The notes: generated from the sequence alone by a model not told the origin. A stretch of 64,000 nucleotides of DNA from an uncultured Anaerostipes sp. (GCA_902494405.1 CABUTD010000002.1:20428-84427); one strand, 5' to 3'. Counted from the first letter of the stretch, positions 29,840-40,764 are shown. Translations and numbers: made by a program.

Positions 29840-30548
29840 AGATTTACATAAATATTTTGGGTCTCTGGAAGTTTTAAAAGGCATTCACTGCGAGATAAAA
29901 AAAGGAGAATGTGTCTGCGTGATCGGACCATCCGGTTCAGGAAAAAGTACGTTTTTAAGATGTTTAAATCTTTTGGAGACTCCCACAAGGGGCGAGATTG
30001 TCATTGATGATATGCATTTGATGGAGAAGAAATTCAATGTGGATGCTCTCCGAAAACGAGTGGGAATGGTGTTTCAGCATTTTAATCTTTTTCCGCATCT
30101 GACGATTCTTGACAATGTAACGCTGGCGCCGATCCGCCACAAGATGATGAGCGAGGCGCAGGCAAAGGAAAAGGCAATGGAATTGTTAAATCGAGTTGGT
30201 GTCGGTGACAAGGCAGATAATTTTCCAGTACAGTTATCCGGAGGTCAGAAGCAGCGAGTTGCAATTGCCAGAGCTCTTGCACTTTCACCGGAAGTGATGT
30301 TGTTTGACGAGCCCACCTCAGCGCTGGACCCGGAGATGGTCGGCGAGGTTTTGGAGGTTATGAAACAGCTTGCCAAAGAAGGTATGACCATGGTTGTTGT
30401 AACTCACGAGATGGGATTCGCAAGAGAAGTGGCAGACAGAGTACTGTTTATGGATGGCGGAGTGATTTGCGAGCAGGGAACACCGCAGCAGATTTTTGAG
30501 CATCCAAAGGAAGAGCGAACAAAAACATTTTTAAGCAAGGTATTATAA
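29826..30548 (+). CDS. Polar amino-acid ABC transporter ATP-binding protein
   Basis: Walker [10 protein letters not shown], signature LSGGQKQR, Walker [12 protein letters not shown]. It overlaps the permease stop. Confidence 0.93.
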   Translation: MISVKDLHKYFGSLEVLKGIHCEIKKGECVCVIGPSGSGKSTFLRCLNLLETPTRGEIVIDDMHLMEKKFNVDALRKRVGMVFQHFNLFPHLTILDNVTLAPIRHKMMSEAQAKEKAMELLNRVGVGDKADNFPVQLSGGQKQRVAIARALALSPEVMLFDEPTSALDPEMVGEVLEVMKQLAKEGMTMVVVTHEMGFAREVADRVLFMDGGVICEQGTPQQIFEHPKEERTKTFLSKVL

Positions 30549-30555
30549 AAATACG

Positions 30556-30586
30556 AAGGAGTCAAGGGGTTCCCTTGGCTCCTTTG
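30556..30586. terminator. Bidirectional terminator between the ABC ATPase and the VanZ-like gene
   Basis: AAGGAGTCAAGGG / CCCTTGGCTCCTT stem with one G-U pair, between convergent genes. Confidence 0.55.
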
Positions 30587-30602
30587 CCGTGTCTGTGTTT
30601 GC

Positions 30603-31892
30603 TTATTGATGCGTTGTTCCCTCGTTGTGGAAAATAGAGACTAAAATAAAGTCGGCATAAAATACATGATCTTTCATTGTTCCTTTGACAGAAACGAAGC
30701 TGTCAGCTGTCAGGTCATCAACAGTTCCTTTTCGGTCTTCGTAGCTGCTTCCGCTGCCGTAGACATCTCTTACCGTAATCGGCACATTTTTTTTGTAAGA
30801 GATCGGAAGGTAGATTTTTGTGCTTGTAGATACGGAGCCGCCGTCTTTGGTCTCAAAAGAGTCGATTTTATTTAAGGTAAAGGTTTGAGAATCATGTCGT
30901 GTGGAAGTGATATAGCCGGTCAGTTCTGTTTTAGAATTTGGAAAAGACATTTTTTGATCCTCGGATGTTTCGGAGGCTATGGGATCACTGAGTACAATAA
31001 CGCTCGCTGTTTTTTGTCTGGCTGTTTTATCAAACCAGACGGAGACCCGGGAATTTTTTTTCACAGACTTTAGCTGAGACGGAGTGTAGAGCTGATAGAC
31101 TGCTTGAGTTTTGTAGGGCGTCCATTTTTTTGATGTATATTTTAAATAATAGATGGTCGTATTTTCTTTAATGCGGATGGCTGTTTCTTTCCCAAAGGAT
31201 GGGTCCAGAGAATTCGCTGCAGTGAATTTACAATCATTGCCGGATATGAAATATCCTGAATAATCCTCCGGATCTTTCGGTACTTTTTCACCGCCAATTA
31301 CTTCTTCTTTATATTCGATTCCAAGACGATTTCCAAATTCAAAGTATCCGATGGAAGCGGCTCCTAAAAATGCGGCGAAGCTCAGAACAAGACTGACTTT
31401 GTAAATGACGGTCTTTTGATGCCCTGCAATGACAGACAGAATCCGAAAGCATAGAATACCGAGGAACGCCCCGAAAACATTTAAAATGATATCATCAATG
31501 TCGGCGCTGCCGAGATAGAGAAAAAACTGCAGACACTCAAAGGCAAGGCTCAACAGGAGAGCGCTGATTAGAATTACAAAATTTTGAAATTTGGTGGAGA
31601 ACCGCAGGGACAGCAAATATCCATAAGGAAGAAATACCAGCGCGTTTCCGGCGATGTTTGAAATGCCCCAGAGAAAATTTCCCTTTTTGGCAATGGCGAA
31701 AAAATCCTGAAAAGTTCGGAATGGAACCAAATTTAAGGAACGAAATCCGTTATAGTCTGGGGAGAGATGTTTGGGCAAATCCGCCAGAGCTGCATCTTTT
31801 AATAATATAATTTTTATTAAAATAAGTAAATAAATGAGAAACATTATGGAAAAAATATAGGGAAAGACACGGTTTTGAATTTTGAATTTCAT
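30603..31892 (-). CDS. VanZ-like membrane protein with a roughly 240-aa extracytoplasmic C-terminal domain
   Basis: The N-terminal multi-TM region has VanZ-type features (NLVPFRTF, GNALVFLPYGYLL, DIDDIILNVFGA). The C-terminal domain is unassigned. Confidence 0.65.
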   Translation of the reverse strand: MKFKIQNRVFPYIFSIMFLIYLLILIKIILLKDAALADLPKHLSPDYNGFRSLNLVPFRTFQDFFAIAKKGNFLWGISNIAGNALVFLPYGYLLSLRFSTKFQNFVILISALLLSLAFECLQFFLYLGSADIDDIILNVFGAFLGILCFRILSVIAGHQKTVIYKVSLVLSFAAFLGAASIGYFEFGNRLGIEYKEEVIGGEKVPKDPEDYSGYFISGNDCKFTAANSLDPSFGKETAIRIKENTTIYYLKYTSKKWTPYKTQAVYQLYTPSQLKSVKKNSRVSVWFDKTARQKTASVIVLSDPIASETSEDQKMSFPNSKTELTGYITSTRHDSQTFTLNKIDSFETKDGGSVSTSTKIYLPISYKKNVPITVRDVYGSGSSYEDRKGTVDDLTADSFVSVKGTMKDHVFYADFILVSIFHNEGTTHQ

Positions 31893-32213
31893 TGAAAAAT
31901 CTCCTTTGTTTAAATTTATAAAAGTATCGAATCAAACGCTGTGTGAAATATAGTATAAAAGAAAAAAGGCAAGAATCCATAAAAATACCCTGAAAATAGA
32001 AAAGAGAGCATAAAGTGTCATGGAGTCTTAACGTTTGGGCCAAAAAGATATCCAACAAACCGCAGCAGAAATGTCTAAATATGTCTGCAAATTGTGGAAA
32101 GTGTTAAAATTTATGTAAAGAATGAATGAAAAAGCTAGTAAAGATCATGAGAAGGGGATAAAATAGGTGTATCCGAAATAGGGGAACCTATTTTATAAGA
32201 AAGGGGGATTTCT

Positions 32214-32528
32214 ATGGAGCGAATTGCAAGTCAGCTTTTGGAAATCGAGGAGTCTGCCAGAGCAATCGTAGAAAACGCCGAGGAGGAAAAGCATGTACTG
32301 GAAAGAAAGATGCAGGAGCGGCGCGATCGGTTCGATAAAAAAACGGAGCAGGCAACGAAGGAGAAAATTCAGCAGATTCGATCCGATTTGCAAAAAAATA
32401 TGGATCGAATGCTTCAGGAACAAGAACAAAAGAATCGGCAGGAAATAGAGTTTCTAAAGAAGGACTTTGAGCAGAATCATACCATGTACGCGGAAAAGAT
32501 TTTAAAAAACATTTTGAATGCACAGTAG
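32214..32528 (+). CDS. V/A-type ATPase peripheral-stalk subunit (G/H-like coiled coil)
   Basis: A 104-aa highly charged helical protein (EESARAIVENAEEEKHVLERKMQERRDRF). It is the first gene of the V-ATPase operon. Confidence 0.5.
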   Translation: MERIASQLLEIEESARAIVENAEEEKHVLERKMQERRDRFDKKTEQATKEKIQQIRSDLQKNMDRMLQEQEQKNRQEIEFLKKDFEQNHTMYAEKILKNILNAQ

Positions 32529-32552
32529 AAGCTTGAGAGATTTGGGGGTGGT

Positions 32553-33623
32553 ATGATGAGAGATGTTATGCGCTACAGCGGAATTGTAACAAAAGCCGCT
32601 GCAATGCGTGCGAAGCTGCTAAAGCAAGCAGATTATAAAAGACTGGCCGGCATGAGTACAGTCACAGATATCATTGAGTATCTGAAGGAAACCAGATCGT
32701 ATGGAAGCTTAATTGAGCAAATGGATGAATCCTTATATCACAGGGGAAGCATTGAAAAAATTCTGGTACTGTCGCTCTATGATGATTACAGCAGACTTTA
32801 TCGGTTTGCGGACATGGCACAGAAAGAATTTTTGAGAATTTTTATGAAACGGTATGAAGTGGAGCTGCTAGAATATTGTTTCCGAATTGTATTTAACCAC
32901 TATAATCCGCCGTTTGACATCAATTATAAACGTCCGTTTTTTGATCGTTTTTCAGATCTTAGAATTGAATATCTGATGACTGCACAGAATATAGAGCAGT
33001 TGGTGGAAAATTTAAAAGATACGGAATATTATGCTCCGCTGAAGAGAGTTCAGGAAATGGGATCATCCAGTCTTTTGGATTATGATTTGGCGTTGGATCT
33101 ATATTATTTTTCTGCTATGTGGAAAGCAGGAAAAGGGTTAGGGGGATCCAATGATCGAAAATTTATAAAAAAGGAGCTGGGAACGAAAATTGACTTGTTA
33201 AATCTGCAGTGGATTTATCGGTCAAAAAAATATTATCATATGCTGGCTCCGGACATTTATAATTTATTAATTCCGATTCAATATCGAATCAGAAATGAGG
33301 AATTGAAGGAGCTGGTGGAAGCGCCATCGGCAGAAGAATTTGGGCGGCGGTTTGAGGATACTTTCTATGGACGAAAATATCAGTTGAATGGAGACACATC
33401 CATTGAATCCATTGCAAACCAGTGTTTGGAGAAGATTTTGCGTGCAGCCTATCGAAATCATCCGTATTCCTTGGCAAGCATTTATTATTATCTTTTTCAA
33501 AAAGAGGAAGAGATTTATAAAATTACGACGGCATTGGAATGTGTGCGCTATGGATTATCAGAGCGGGAAACCTTACAGTATTTCATACAGGAATTCAGAC
33601 AGAAAGGAGGTAACGCCGGATGA
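32553..33623 (+). CDS. ntpC: V/A-type ATPase subunit C (eukaryotic d homologue)
   Basis: A 356-aa helical protein. Position and size fit NtpC, and its stop overlaps the subunit I start (ATGA). Confidence 0.75.
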   Translation: MMRDVMRYSGIVTKAAAMRAKLLKQADYKRLAGMSTVTDIIEYLKETRSYGSLIEQMDESLYHRGSIEKILVLSLYDDYSRLYRFADMAQKEFLRIFMKRYEVELLEYCFRIVFNHYNPPFDINYKRPFFDRFSDLRIEYLMTAQNIEQLVENLKDTEYYAPLKRVQEMGSSSLLDYDLALDLYYFSAMWKAGKGLGGSNDRKFIKKELGTKIDLLNLQWIYRSKKYYHMLAPDIYNLLIPIQYRIRNEELKELVEAPSAEEFGRRFEDTFYGRKYQLNGDTSIESIANQCLEKILRAAYRNHPYSLASIYYYLFQKEEEIYKITTALECVRYGLSERETLQYFIQEFRQKGGNAG

Positions 33624-35554
33624 TTGTAAAGATGAAATTTTTAAGTATTTCCGGTCCCAAAACGGATATAGACCGGGTAAGCAGCAAATATTTATCAAAA
33701 TATGAGATGCAGCTTGAGAACGCATTAACAGAACTGAAAACAACAGATAATTTAATGCCCTTTATGGATATTAATCCTTACAAGGAGCCGCTCTCCAGAG
33801 CAGAACAGTATGTTGGCATGCTTCCAGATGCTTCAGCGAAGATGGATCTTTCGCTCTCTGAAAGTGAAATCTTAGATTTGATTCGGGAAATTCATCATGA
33901 TTATCTGGATCTGAAAACGAGGGAGGAAGTCTTAAAAAAGAAGCAGGAAGAACTGCTGGAGAATCTTCATGAATTAGAGCCTTTTCTGCCGCTGGACTTA
34001 AACCTCAAAGAGATTTCTCAATATCAATACATTAAAGTTCGGTTTGGACGGGTGAGCATTGGCTATTTTCAGAAGCTTGAAAAATATTTATTTGACGATC
34101 TCAACGCCGTTTTTCTGGAAGGCACCCGTGATGAAAATTATGTTTACGGATGCTATTTTGCGGCACACAAGGAAACCGGAAAAATTGATTCGGCATTTCA
34201 GTCTCTTCATTTTGAAGTCATGCATCTGCCGGAGGGATACAATGGAATGCCTGCGGAGATTTGTCATAATCTAAATCAGAAAATTGATGAGATTGGCAGG
34301 CAGATGCAAGAAGCGCAGGATCAAATCGGAAAATTTTTATCAGCGCACGCAGCGAAAATTTTAGGCGCCCGATATCGGCTGGAAGAATTAACAAGAAATT
34401 TTGATGTGCGCAAAATGGCGGCACGGATGGAAAATGAACAGGAAGATTATTATATTCTCTGCGGCTGGATGAGTGAGGAGGACACTCAGGCTTTTATGAC
34501 GGAGGCAAAGGAGGACGACCGAATTACCATTGTAGTAGAAGAAGGACGGGAGAAATTCTTTGGAGATCCGCCGACAAAGCTGAAAAATCCTAAATTTTTT
34601 AAACCGTTTGAAATGTTTATTCGTATGTATGGATTGCCGGCTCATAACGAGATGGACCCCACAATTTTTGTGGCGCTGACTTATACATTTATTTTCGGCG
34701 CGATGTTTGGCGATGTCGGGCAGGGCTTATGTCTCTTTTTGGGCGGTGGAGTTCTTTATCTTTGGAAGAAGTGGAACCTGGCGGGAATTATATCCATAGC
34801 AGGAGTTTTCTCAACCTTTTTCGGATTCATGTACGGAAGCTTTTTTGGGTTTGAGGGAACGATCATTGAACCGATATGGCTTTCTCCGATGGAGGCAATG
34901 ACAAATCTTCCGTTTGTAGGACAATTAAATACAGTATTTATTGTTGCGGTTGCATTTGGAATGGTGTTGATTCTTCTTGCAATGATTTTTCAGATGATCA
35001 ATGCAAAAAAGAGGGGAGATACAGAAAATATGCTGTTTGGACCCAACGGGGCAGCGGGATTTATTTTTTATGGATTTCTTGTGCTTACCATTGTTCTTTA
35101 TATGACCGGACATAAGACTCCCGGAAATATCATGATGGCAATCTTTTTGGGGATTCCGGTTTTGATGTTTGTTTTTAAAAAACCGCTGACACAGATGATC
35201 AAGGGGAAAAAGCCCAAGGCAGAAGATGGGGTCGGAATGTTTTTTATTGAGGGATTCTTTGAATTATTTGAGACCTTATTAAGCTTCTTTTCCAATACCA
35301 TTTCATTTGTGCGTGTGGGTGCTTTTGCAGTCAGTCATGCGGCAATGATGGAGGTTGTACTAATGCTTTCCGGAGCCACAGAAGGTCATCCCAATTGGAT
35401 TGTCATGATTCTGGGAAATCTTCTGGTTTGTGGATTGGAGGGACTTGTGGTTGGAATTCAAGTACTTCGTTTGGAATATTATGAAATGTTCAGTCGGTTT
35501 TATACAGGCTCCGGAAGGGAGTTTCATCCGTTTCGTCATCATGTAAAAAAGTAA
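33620..35554 (+). CDS. ntpI: V/A-type ATPase subunit I (a subunit)
   Basis: A soluble N-terminal half of about 330 aa is followed by a multi-TM C-terminal half containing the conserved FVRVGAFAVSHA Arg helix. Confidence 0.88.
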   Translation: MIVKMKFLSISGPKTDIDRVSSKYLSKYEMQLENALTELKTTDNLMPFMDINPYKEPLSRAEQYVGMLPDASAKMDLSLSESEILDLIREIHHDYLDLKTREEVLKKKQEELLENLHELEPFLPLDLNLKEISQYQYIKVRFGRVSIGYFQKLEKYLFDDLNAVFLEGTRDENYVYGCYFAAHKETGKIDSAFQSLHFEVMHLPEGYNGMPAEICHNLNQKIDEIGRQMQEAQDQIGKFLSAHAAKILGARYRLEELTRNFDVRKMAARMENEQEDYYILCGWMSEEDTQAFMTEAKEDDRITIVVEEGREKFFGDPPTKLKNPKFFKPFEMFIRMYGLPAHNEMDPTIFVALTYTFIFGAMFGDVGQGLCLFLGGGVLYLWKKWNLAGIISIAGVFSTFFGFMYGSFFGFEGTIIEPIWLSPMEAMTNLPFVGQLNTVFIVAVAFGMVLILLAMIFQMINAKKRGDTENMLFGPNGAAGFIFYGFLVLTIVLYMTGHKTPGNIMMAIFLGIPVLMFVFKKPLTQMIKGKKPKAEDGVGMFFIEGFFELFETLLSFFSNTISFVRVGAFAVSHAAMMEVVLMLSGATEGHPNWIVMILGNLLVCGLEGLVVGIQVLRLEYYEMFSRFYTGSGREFHPFRHHVKK

Positions 35555-35572
35555 AACTAGGAGGGTAACATT

Positions 35573-36007
35573 ATGACATTAGCGATAAAATTAACAATAA
35601 TTGCAGCATTTATTTTCAGTGTTTTGATTCCTTTCGGATATTTTTTCAGAGGGGAAAAGACGAGAAAGCGTTATAAAAAAAGTATTCTTTCCAATGTTGT
35701 CTTATTTTTTGGCGTGGTTGTCATTGCAGGAGTGATGCTGTTTGTGACCAGTCCGGTAGAAGCGGCACAGGCAGCTGCGGACGGAGGAATGTCTACCGGA
35801 TTGGGATATTTGGCGGCAGCGCTTTCCACCGGTCTTTCCTGTGTCGGAGGAGGAATTGCCGTTGCCAGTGCAGCCAGCGCGGCGCTGGGAGCAATCAGCG
35901 AGGACCCCGGCGCGCTCGGTAAATCCCTGATCTTTGTAGGTCTGGCAGAGGGAGTCTGCCTGTATGGATTGATTATTTCTTTTATGATTATTGGTAAATT
36001 AGGCTAA
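35573..36007 (+). CDS. ntpK: V/A-type ATPase proteolipid subunit K (single hairpin with N-terminal extension)
   Basis: The C-terminal 75 aa form a c-subunit hairpin carrying the carboxylate in FVGLAEGVCLYG. A strong RBS AGGAGGG precedes ATG 35573. Confidence 0.82.
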   Translation: MTLAIKLTIIAAFIFSVLIPFGYFFRGEKTRKRYKKSILSNVVLFFGVVVIAGVMLFVTSPVEAAQAAADGGMSTGLGYLAAALSTGLSCVGGGIAVASAASAALGAISEDPGALGKSLIFVGLAEGVCLYGLIISFMIIGKLG

Positions 36008-36015
36008 ATCGGGAA

Positions 36016-36333
36016 GTGATTGATATGAAAATGTATTTGATCAGCGATAACGTTGATACGCTGACGGGGATGCGTCTGGCAGGCGTTGACGGCATTGTAG
36101 TTCATGAAAAAGAAGAACTTTATCAGGCATTGGAAAAAGCAATGAGCGATTCATCCATCGGCATTGTTCTTTTGACAGAAAAATTTGGAAGAGAATTTCC
36201 GGAATTGATTGATGAGATGAAGCTGAAACGGAAAATGCCGCTCTTAGTTGAAATTCCTGACCGGCACGGAACCGGACGGAAGAAGGATTTTATTACATCC
36301 TATGTCAATGAAGCCATTGGATTAAAATTGTAA
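36016..36333 (+). CDS. V/A-type ATPase subunit F
   Basis: About 100 aa, with MYLISDNVDTLTGMRLAGVDG typical of subunit F. The start is ambiguous (GTG 36016, ATG 36025 or ATG 36031). Confidence 0.78.
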   Translation: MIDMKMYLISDNVDTLTGMRLAGVDGIVVHEKEELYQALEKAMSDSSIGIVLLTEKFGREFPELIDEMKLKRKMPLLVEIPDRHGTGRKKDFITSYVNEAIGLKL

Positions 36334-36349
36334 TGCCGGATGAAAGAGG

Positions 36350-36946
36350 GTGACAGAATTGACGATTGAAGAGAAAATTACGCATATACGGCAGGCTGCG
36401 ATGGAAGAGGCGAGAGATCTTGGCAATGAGATGATAAAGAATCATCAGAAAACGCTGGAGAATCTTTTGGAAACGCATCGGCAGGAAATTTTGATGCAGT
36501 CCAGAACCAGAATTAAGACAGAGACGGCTTCTGCAAGACAGCAATTGAATTCTGCAATATCCAAGGGGCAGCTAAAACTCCGAAAAGAATTAAGTGTTGT
36601 GAAAAACACGTTGAAAAATGATCTGTTCAAGGAAGTGCATCAACTGTTAAAGAATTATATGGAAACAGAGGCATATCAAAAGCTTTTGATTTCTTATATC
36701 ATGGGAGCTGCAAGATTTGCTGACGGGCAGCCTCTGACAATTTATATGAACCAATCGGATGAAGATAAGAAAGCTTTTCTGGAACAACGGACGGGAATGA
36801 CAATCACGATCAGTGAGGAAGAGTTTCTTGGAGGAATCCGGGCGGTAATTCCTGGACGTAATATTCTGATTGATCACTCTTTCCAGGGAGCTCTGGAAAA
36901 AGAGTATGAAGATTTTATCTTTAAGGGAGGTGCGTCAGGTGCATAG
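36350..36946 (+). CDS. ntpE: V/A-type ATPase subunit E
   Basis: An N-terminal charged helix with a C-terminal globular domain, about 195 aa. The start is GTG 36350 or TTG 36359. Confidence 0.75.
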   Translation: MTELTIEEKITHIRQAAMEEARDLGNEMIKNHQKTLENLLETHRQEILMQSRTRIKTETASARQQLNSAISKGQLKLRKELSVVKNTLKNDLFKEVHQLLKNYMETEAYQKLLISYIMGAARFADGQPLTIYMNQSDEDKKAFLEQRTGMTITISEEEFLGGIRAVIPGRNILIDHSFQGALEKEYEDFIFKGGASGA

Positions 36947-38705
36947 AACCGGAAAAATTTATGGAATTAATGGTCCTGTAATTTATCTGAAAGGAGATAC
37001 AGGATTTAAAATGTCAGAGATGGTGTACGTTGGAAAAGAGAAATTAGTGGGAGAAGTGATTTCTCTTGAAAAAGACCGGACAACAATACAGGTTTACGAA
37101 GAGACCAGCGGCCTGCATCCCGGAGAAATCGTGGAAGCCACCGGTGAAGCTGTGTCTGTGACGCTGGCTCCGGGAATTTTGGACCATATCTTTGACGGAA
37201 TTGAGCGTCCGTTGGAGACAATCGCAGAAAGTGCAGGAGCCTTTATTACTCGCGGAGTTCAGGTAGATTCACTGGATACAGAAAAGCTCTGGAAAACCAA
37301 GCTCATTGTGAAGAAAGGCGATTTTTTACACGAAGGCGATATATTTGCCGAGGTTGAGGAGACACGCGCAATTACTCATAAATGTATGGTTCCTCCGGGA
37401 ATCTCGGGAACTGTTGTATGTGCAGCGGAAGATGGAGACTATACCATCAAAGATCCTTTGATAACTTTGGAAACAGAACAGGAGGCGAGGAAAGAACTGA
37501 CAATGATGCAGCGGTGGCCGATTCGAGTTCCCAGACCGGTGCACAATCGCATTCCTGCCAGCGTCCCACTGGTGACCGGTCAGAGAATTTTAGATACGAT
37601 GTTTCCCATTGCAAAGGGAGGAACTGCGGCAATTCCGGGGGGATTCGGCACCGGAAAGACGATGACACAGCATCAGATTGCCAAGTGGTCCGATGCGGAT
37701 ATTATTATTTATATTGGCTGCGGGGAGCGTGGGAACGAGATGACACAGGTGCTGGAGGAGTTTTCAGAACTGGTAGATCCGAAAAGCGGGAATCCATTGA
37801 TGGACCGAACAACATTAATTGCGAACACTTCCAATATGCCTGTGGCAGCCAGAGAAGCTTCTATTTATACGGGACTGACCTTGGCAGAATATTACCGGGA
37901 TATGGGATATGACGTGGCAATTATGGCAGATTCCACCTCCCGATGGGCAGAGGCATTGAGAGAATTATCCGGTCGGTTGGAGGAGATGCCCGCAGAAGAG
38001 GGATTTCCGGCATATCTTGCATCTCGGCTTTCTGCATTTTATGAGAGAGCAGGAATGATGCATAATCTCAACGGAACAGATGGATCGGTGACAATTATCG
38101 GCGCTGTCTCCCCTCAGGGCGGAGATTTTTCGGAACCTGTAACACAGAATACAAAGCGTTTTGTCCGCTGTTTTTGGGGGCTAGATAAATCTTTGGCATA
38201 TGCAAGACATTTTCCTGCAATTCACTGGCTGAGCAGCTACAGCGAATATCTGGTGGATTTAGGAGGATGGTACCGGGATCACGTATCTCCTAAATTTGTA
38301 GATTACCGAAATCGTCTGATGGCGCTTTTAAATCAGGAGAACAGTTTGATGGAAATTGTAAAACTGATCGGAGGGGATGTTCTTCCCGACGATCAGAAAT
38401 TGGTGCTGGAAATTGCGAGAGTGATTCGTTTGGGATTCTTGCAGCAAAATGCGTTTCACAAGGATGATACCTGTGTGTCAATGAAAAAGCAGTTTAAAAT
38501 GATGGAAGTTATTTTATATCTGTATGAGAAATGCAGAGAGCTTGTGGTTAGAGGGATGCCCATGAGCGTCCTAAAGGAAGAAGGAATCTTTGAGCGGATG
38601 ATTGCGATCAAATATGATGTGCCAAATGATAACTTACAAATGCTTGATTTGTATCAGGAAGAAATTGATACTTTTTACCGTACTGTGTTAGAAAAAAATG
38701 CATAG
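36939..38705 (+). CDS. ntpA: V/A-type ATPase catalytic subunit A
   Basis: GTG at 36939 lies 8 nt after AAGGGAGG. Begins [13 protein letters not shown], with Walker A GGFGTGKT and motif [14 protein letters not shown]. Confidence 0.95.
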   Translation: MHRTGKIYGINGPVIYLKGDTGFKMSEMVYVGKEKLVGEVISLEKDRTTIQVYEETSGLHPGEIVEATGEAVSVTLAPGILDHIFDGIERPLETIAESAGAFITRGVQVDSLDTEKLWKTKLIVKKGDFLHEGDIFAEVEETRAITHKCMVPPGISGTVVCAAEDGDYTIKDPLITLETEQEARKELTMMQRWPIRVPRPVHNRIPASVPLVTGQRILDTMFPIAKGGTAAIPGGFGTGKTMTQHQIAKWSDADIIIYIGCGERGNEMTQVLEEFSELVDPKSGNPLMDRTTLIANTSNMPVAAREASIYTGLTLAEYYRDMGYDVAIMADSTSRWAEALRELSGRLEEMPAEEGFPAYLASRLSAFYERAGMMHNLNGTDGSVTIIGAVSPQGGDFSEPVTQNTKRFVRCFWGLDKSLAYARHFPAIHWLSSYSEYLVDLGGWYRDHVSPKFVDYRNRLMALLNQENSLMEIVKLIGGDVLPDDQKLVLEIARVIRLGFLQQNAFHKDDTCVSMKKQFKMMEVILYLYEKCRELVVRGMPMSVLKEEGIFERMIAIKYDVPNDNLQMLDLYQEEIDTFYRTVLEKNA

Positions 38706-38717
38706 GAGGGATAACGT

Positions 38718-40103
38718 ATGGCAATTCAATATTTAGGACTGAGCAGTATCAACGGTCCTCTCGTAGTTTTAGAGGGGGTGCAGGATGCATTTTTTGATGA
38801 AATTGTGGAATTTACGGTAGGCGGCAGCACGAAAAAAATCGGAAGAATTATAGAGCTGTATGAGGATCGCGCAGTGATACAGGTGTTTGAGGGAACCGAG
38901 AATATGTCCCTTAATAATACCCATACAAAACTGACCGGTCATCCCATGGAGGTAACTCTGGCGCCGGATATGCTTGGCAGGACGTTTAACGGAATCGGAA
39001 AGCCGGTGGACGGTCTGGGAGCGTTGGTATCTGACGTGAGAAGAGATATCAATGGACTTCCGCTGAATCCGGTGAGAAGAAAATATCCGAGAAATTATAT
39101 TCGGACCGGAATTTCTGCAATTGATGGATTGACCACCCTGATCCGGGGACAGAAGCTTCCGATCTTTTCTGGAAACGGTCTTCCGCATGATCAGCTGGCG
39201 GCGCAGATTGTAAAACAGGCATCTCTGGGAGACGGATCAGAAGAACCATTTGCGGTTGTATTTGGAGCTATGGGAGTCAAGCATGACGTCGCTGATTTTT
39301 TCAGAAAAACCTTTGAGGAAAGTGGTGTTGCAGATCACGTGTGTATGTTTTTAAATCTGGCAAACGATCCGGTCGTTGAGCGTTTGATTACGCCAAAAGT
39401 TGCTTTGACAGCAGCAGAATATCTGGCGTTTGACTGTAATATGCATATTTTGGTAATTTTAACTGATATGACATCTTTTGCAGAAGCAATGCGTGAAGTA
39501 TCTTCATCCAAAGGGGAAATTCCCTCCAGAAAAGGGTATCCGGGGTATTTATATAGTGAACTGGCGACGCTTTATGAGCGCGCGGGAATTATTGAGGGAG
39601 CGGAGGGGTCTGTGACACAGCTTCCGATTCTTACAATGCCGAATGATGACATTACGCACCCGATTCCCGATTTAACCGGATACATTACGGAAGGTCAGGT
39701 TGTGCTGGATCGTAATTTAAACGGTCAGTCCATTTATCCGCCGATCAGTGTATTGCCGTCATTGTCACGTCTGATGAAAGACGGAATCGGAGTAGGTTAT
39801 ACGAGAGAAGACCATCAGGATTTAGCCAATCAGCTGTTTTCTGCCTACGCAAAGGTAGGAGAAGCGAGAAACTTAGCCTCTGTCATCGGTGAAGATGAAC
39901 TCTCGCCGATTGATAAAAAATATTTGGAATTCGGAAAACAATTCGAGGAACGCTATATTGGTCAGGGACATGAAGAAAATCGTTCGATGACAGAGACGCT
40001 GGATCTTGGCTGGGAGCTGCTGAAGATCCTTCCGAGAGAAGAGCTGGATCGCATTGATACGAAAATTATTGAGAAATACTTACCGAGAGAGCCACAAGAG
40101 TAA
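38718..40103 (+). CDS. ntpB: V/A-type ATPase subunit B
   Basis: Motifs [21 protein letters not shown] and [15 protein letters not shown] are typical of subunit B. Confidence 0.95.
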   Translation: MAIQYLGLSSINGPLVVLEGVQDAFFDEIVEFTVGGSTKKIGRIIELYEDRAVIQVFEGTENMSLNNTHTKLTGHPMEVTLAPDMLGRTFNGIGKPVDGLGALVSDVRRDINGLPLNPVRRKYPRNYIRTGISAIDGLTTLIRGQKLPIFSGNGLPHDQLAAQIVKQASLGDGSEEPFAVVFGAMGVKHDVADFFRKTFEESGVADHVCMFLNLANDPVVERLITPKVALTAAEYLAFDCNMHILVILTDMTSFAEAMREVSSSKGEIPSRKGYPGYLYSELATLYERAGIIEGAEGSVTQLPILTMPNDDITHPIPDLTGYITEGQVVLDRNLNGQSIYPPISVLPSLSRLMKDGIGVGYTREDHQDLANQLFSAYAKVGEARNLASVIGEDELSPIDKKYLEFGKQFEERYIGQGHEENRSMTETLDLGWELLKILPREELDRIDTKIIEKYLPREPQE

Positions 40104-40115
40104 GGGGGGAATCGT

Positions 40116-40742
40116 ATGGATCCAAGAGAGTTCCCAACCAAAGGAAATTTAATTCTTGCAAAAAATTCTCTGAATCTTGCCAGACAAGGTTATGATTTGA
40201 TGGATAAAAAACGGAATATTTTGATTCGTGAGCTTATGGAGCTCATTGACGAAGCAAAAGGGATTCAAGAGCAGATTGACCTTACGTTTACAAGAGCCTA
40301 CGCCTGTCTGCAAAGGGCGAATATCCAGCATGGGATCAGTAAAGTGGAGCAGTTGGCTTACACAGTGCCCATAGAGGATTCAATACAGATACAGACGCGA
40401 AGTATTATGGGAACAGAAATTCCTCATGTAAAATATGATGCCGGGGAAAATAAGCTTACCTATCCGATGGACGGAACCCTGGAGTCCATGGACATTGCAA
40501 GAGAGGCATTCCGTCAGGTTAAAGATTTGACAATTAAACTTTCTATGGTGGAAAATGCCGCGTATCGTCTGGCGACCAGCATTAAAAAGACACAAAAGAG
40601 AGCCAATGCGCTGAAAAACATTACCATTCCCACCTATACGGCATTGGTGTATAAGATTTCCAATGAGCTGGAAGAAAAGGAAAGGGAAGAGTTTACAAGA
40701 TTAAAGGTGATAAAACGAATGAAGCAGAGGAAGCAATCTTAG
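40116..40742 (+). CDS. ntpD: V/A-type ATPase subunit D
   Basis: PTKGNLILAKNSLNLARQGYDLMDKKRNILIRE is the typical subunit D N-terminus. Confidence 0.9.
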   Translation: MDPREFPTKGNLILAKNSLNLARQGYDLMDKKRNILIRELMELIDEAKGIQEQIDLTFTRAYACLQRANIQHGISKVEQLAYTVPIEDSIQIQTRSIMGTEIPHVKYDAGENKLTYPMDGTLESMDIAREAFRQVKDLTIKLSMVENAAYRLATSIKKTQKRANALKNITIPTYTALVYKISNELEEKEREEFTRLKVIKRMKQRKQS

Positions 40743-40764
40743 AAAAAAAGAGAGAAAATCAAAC

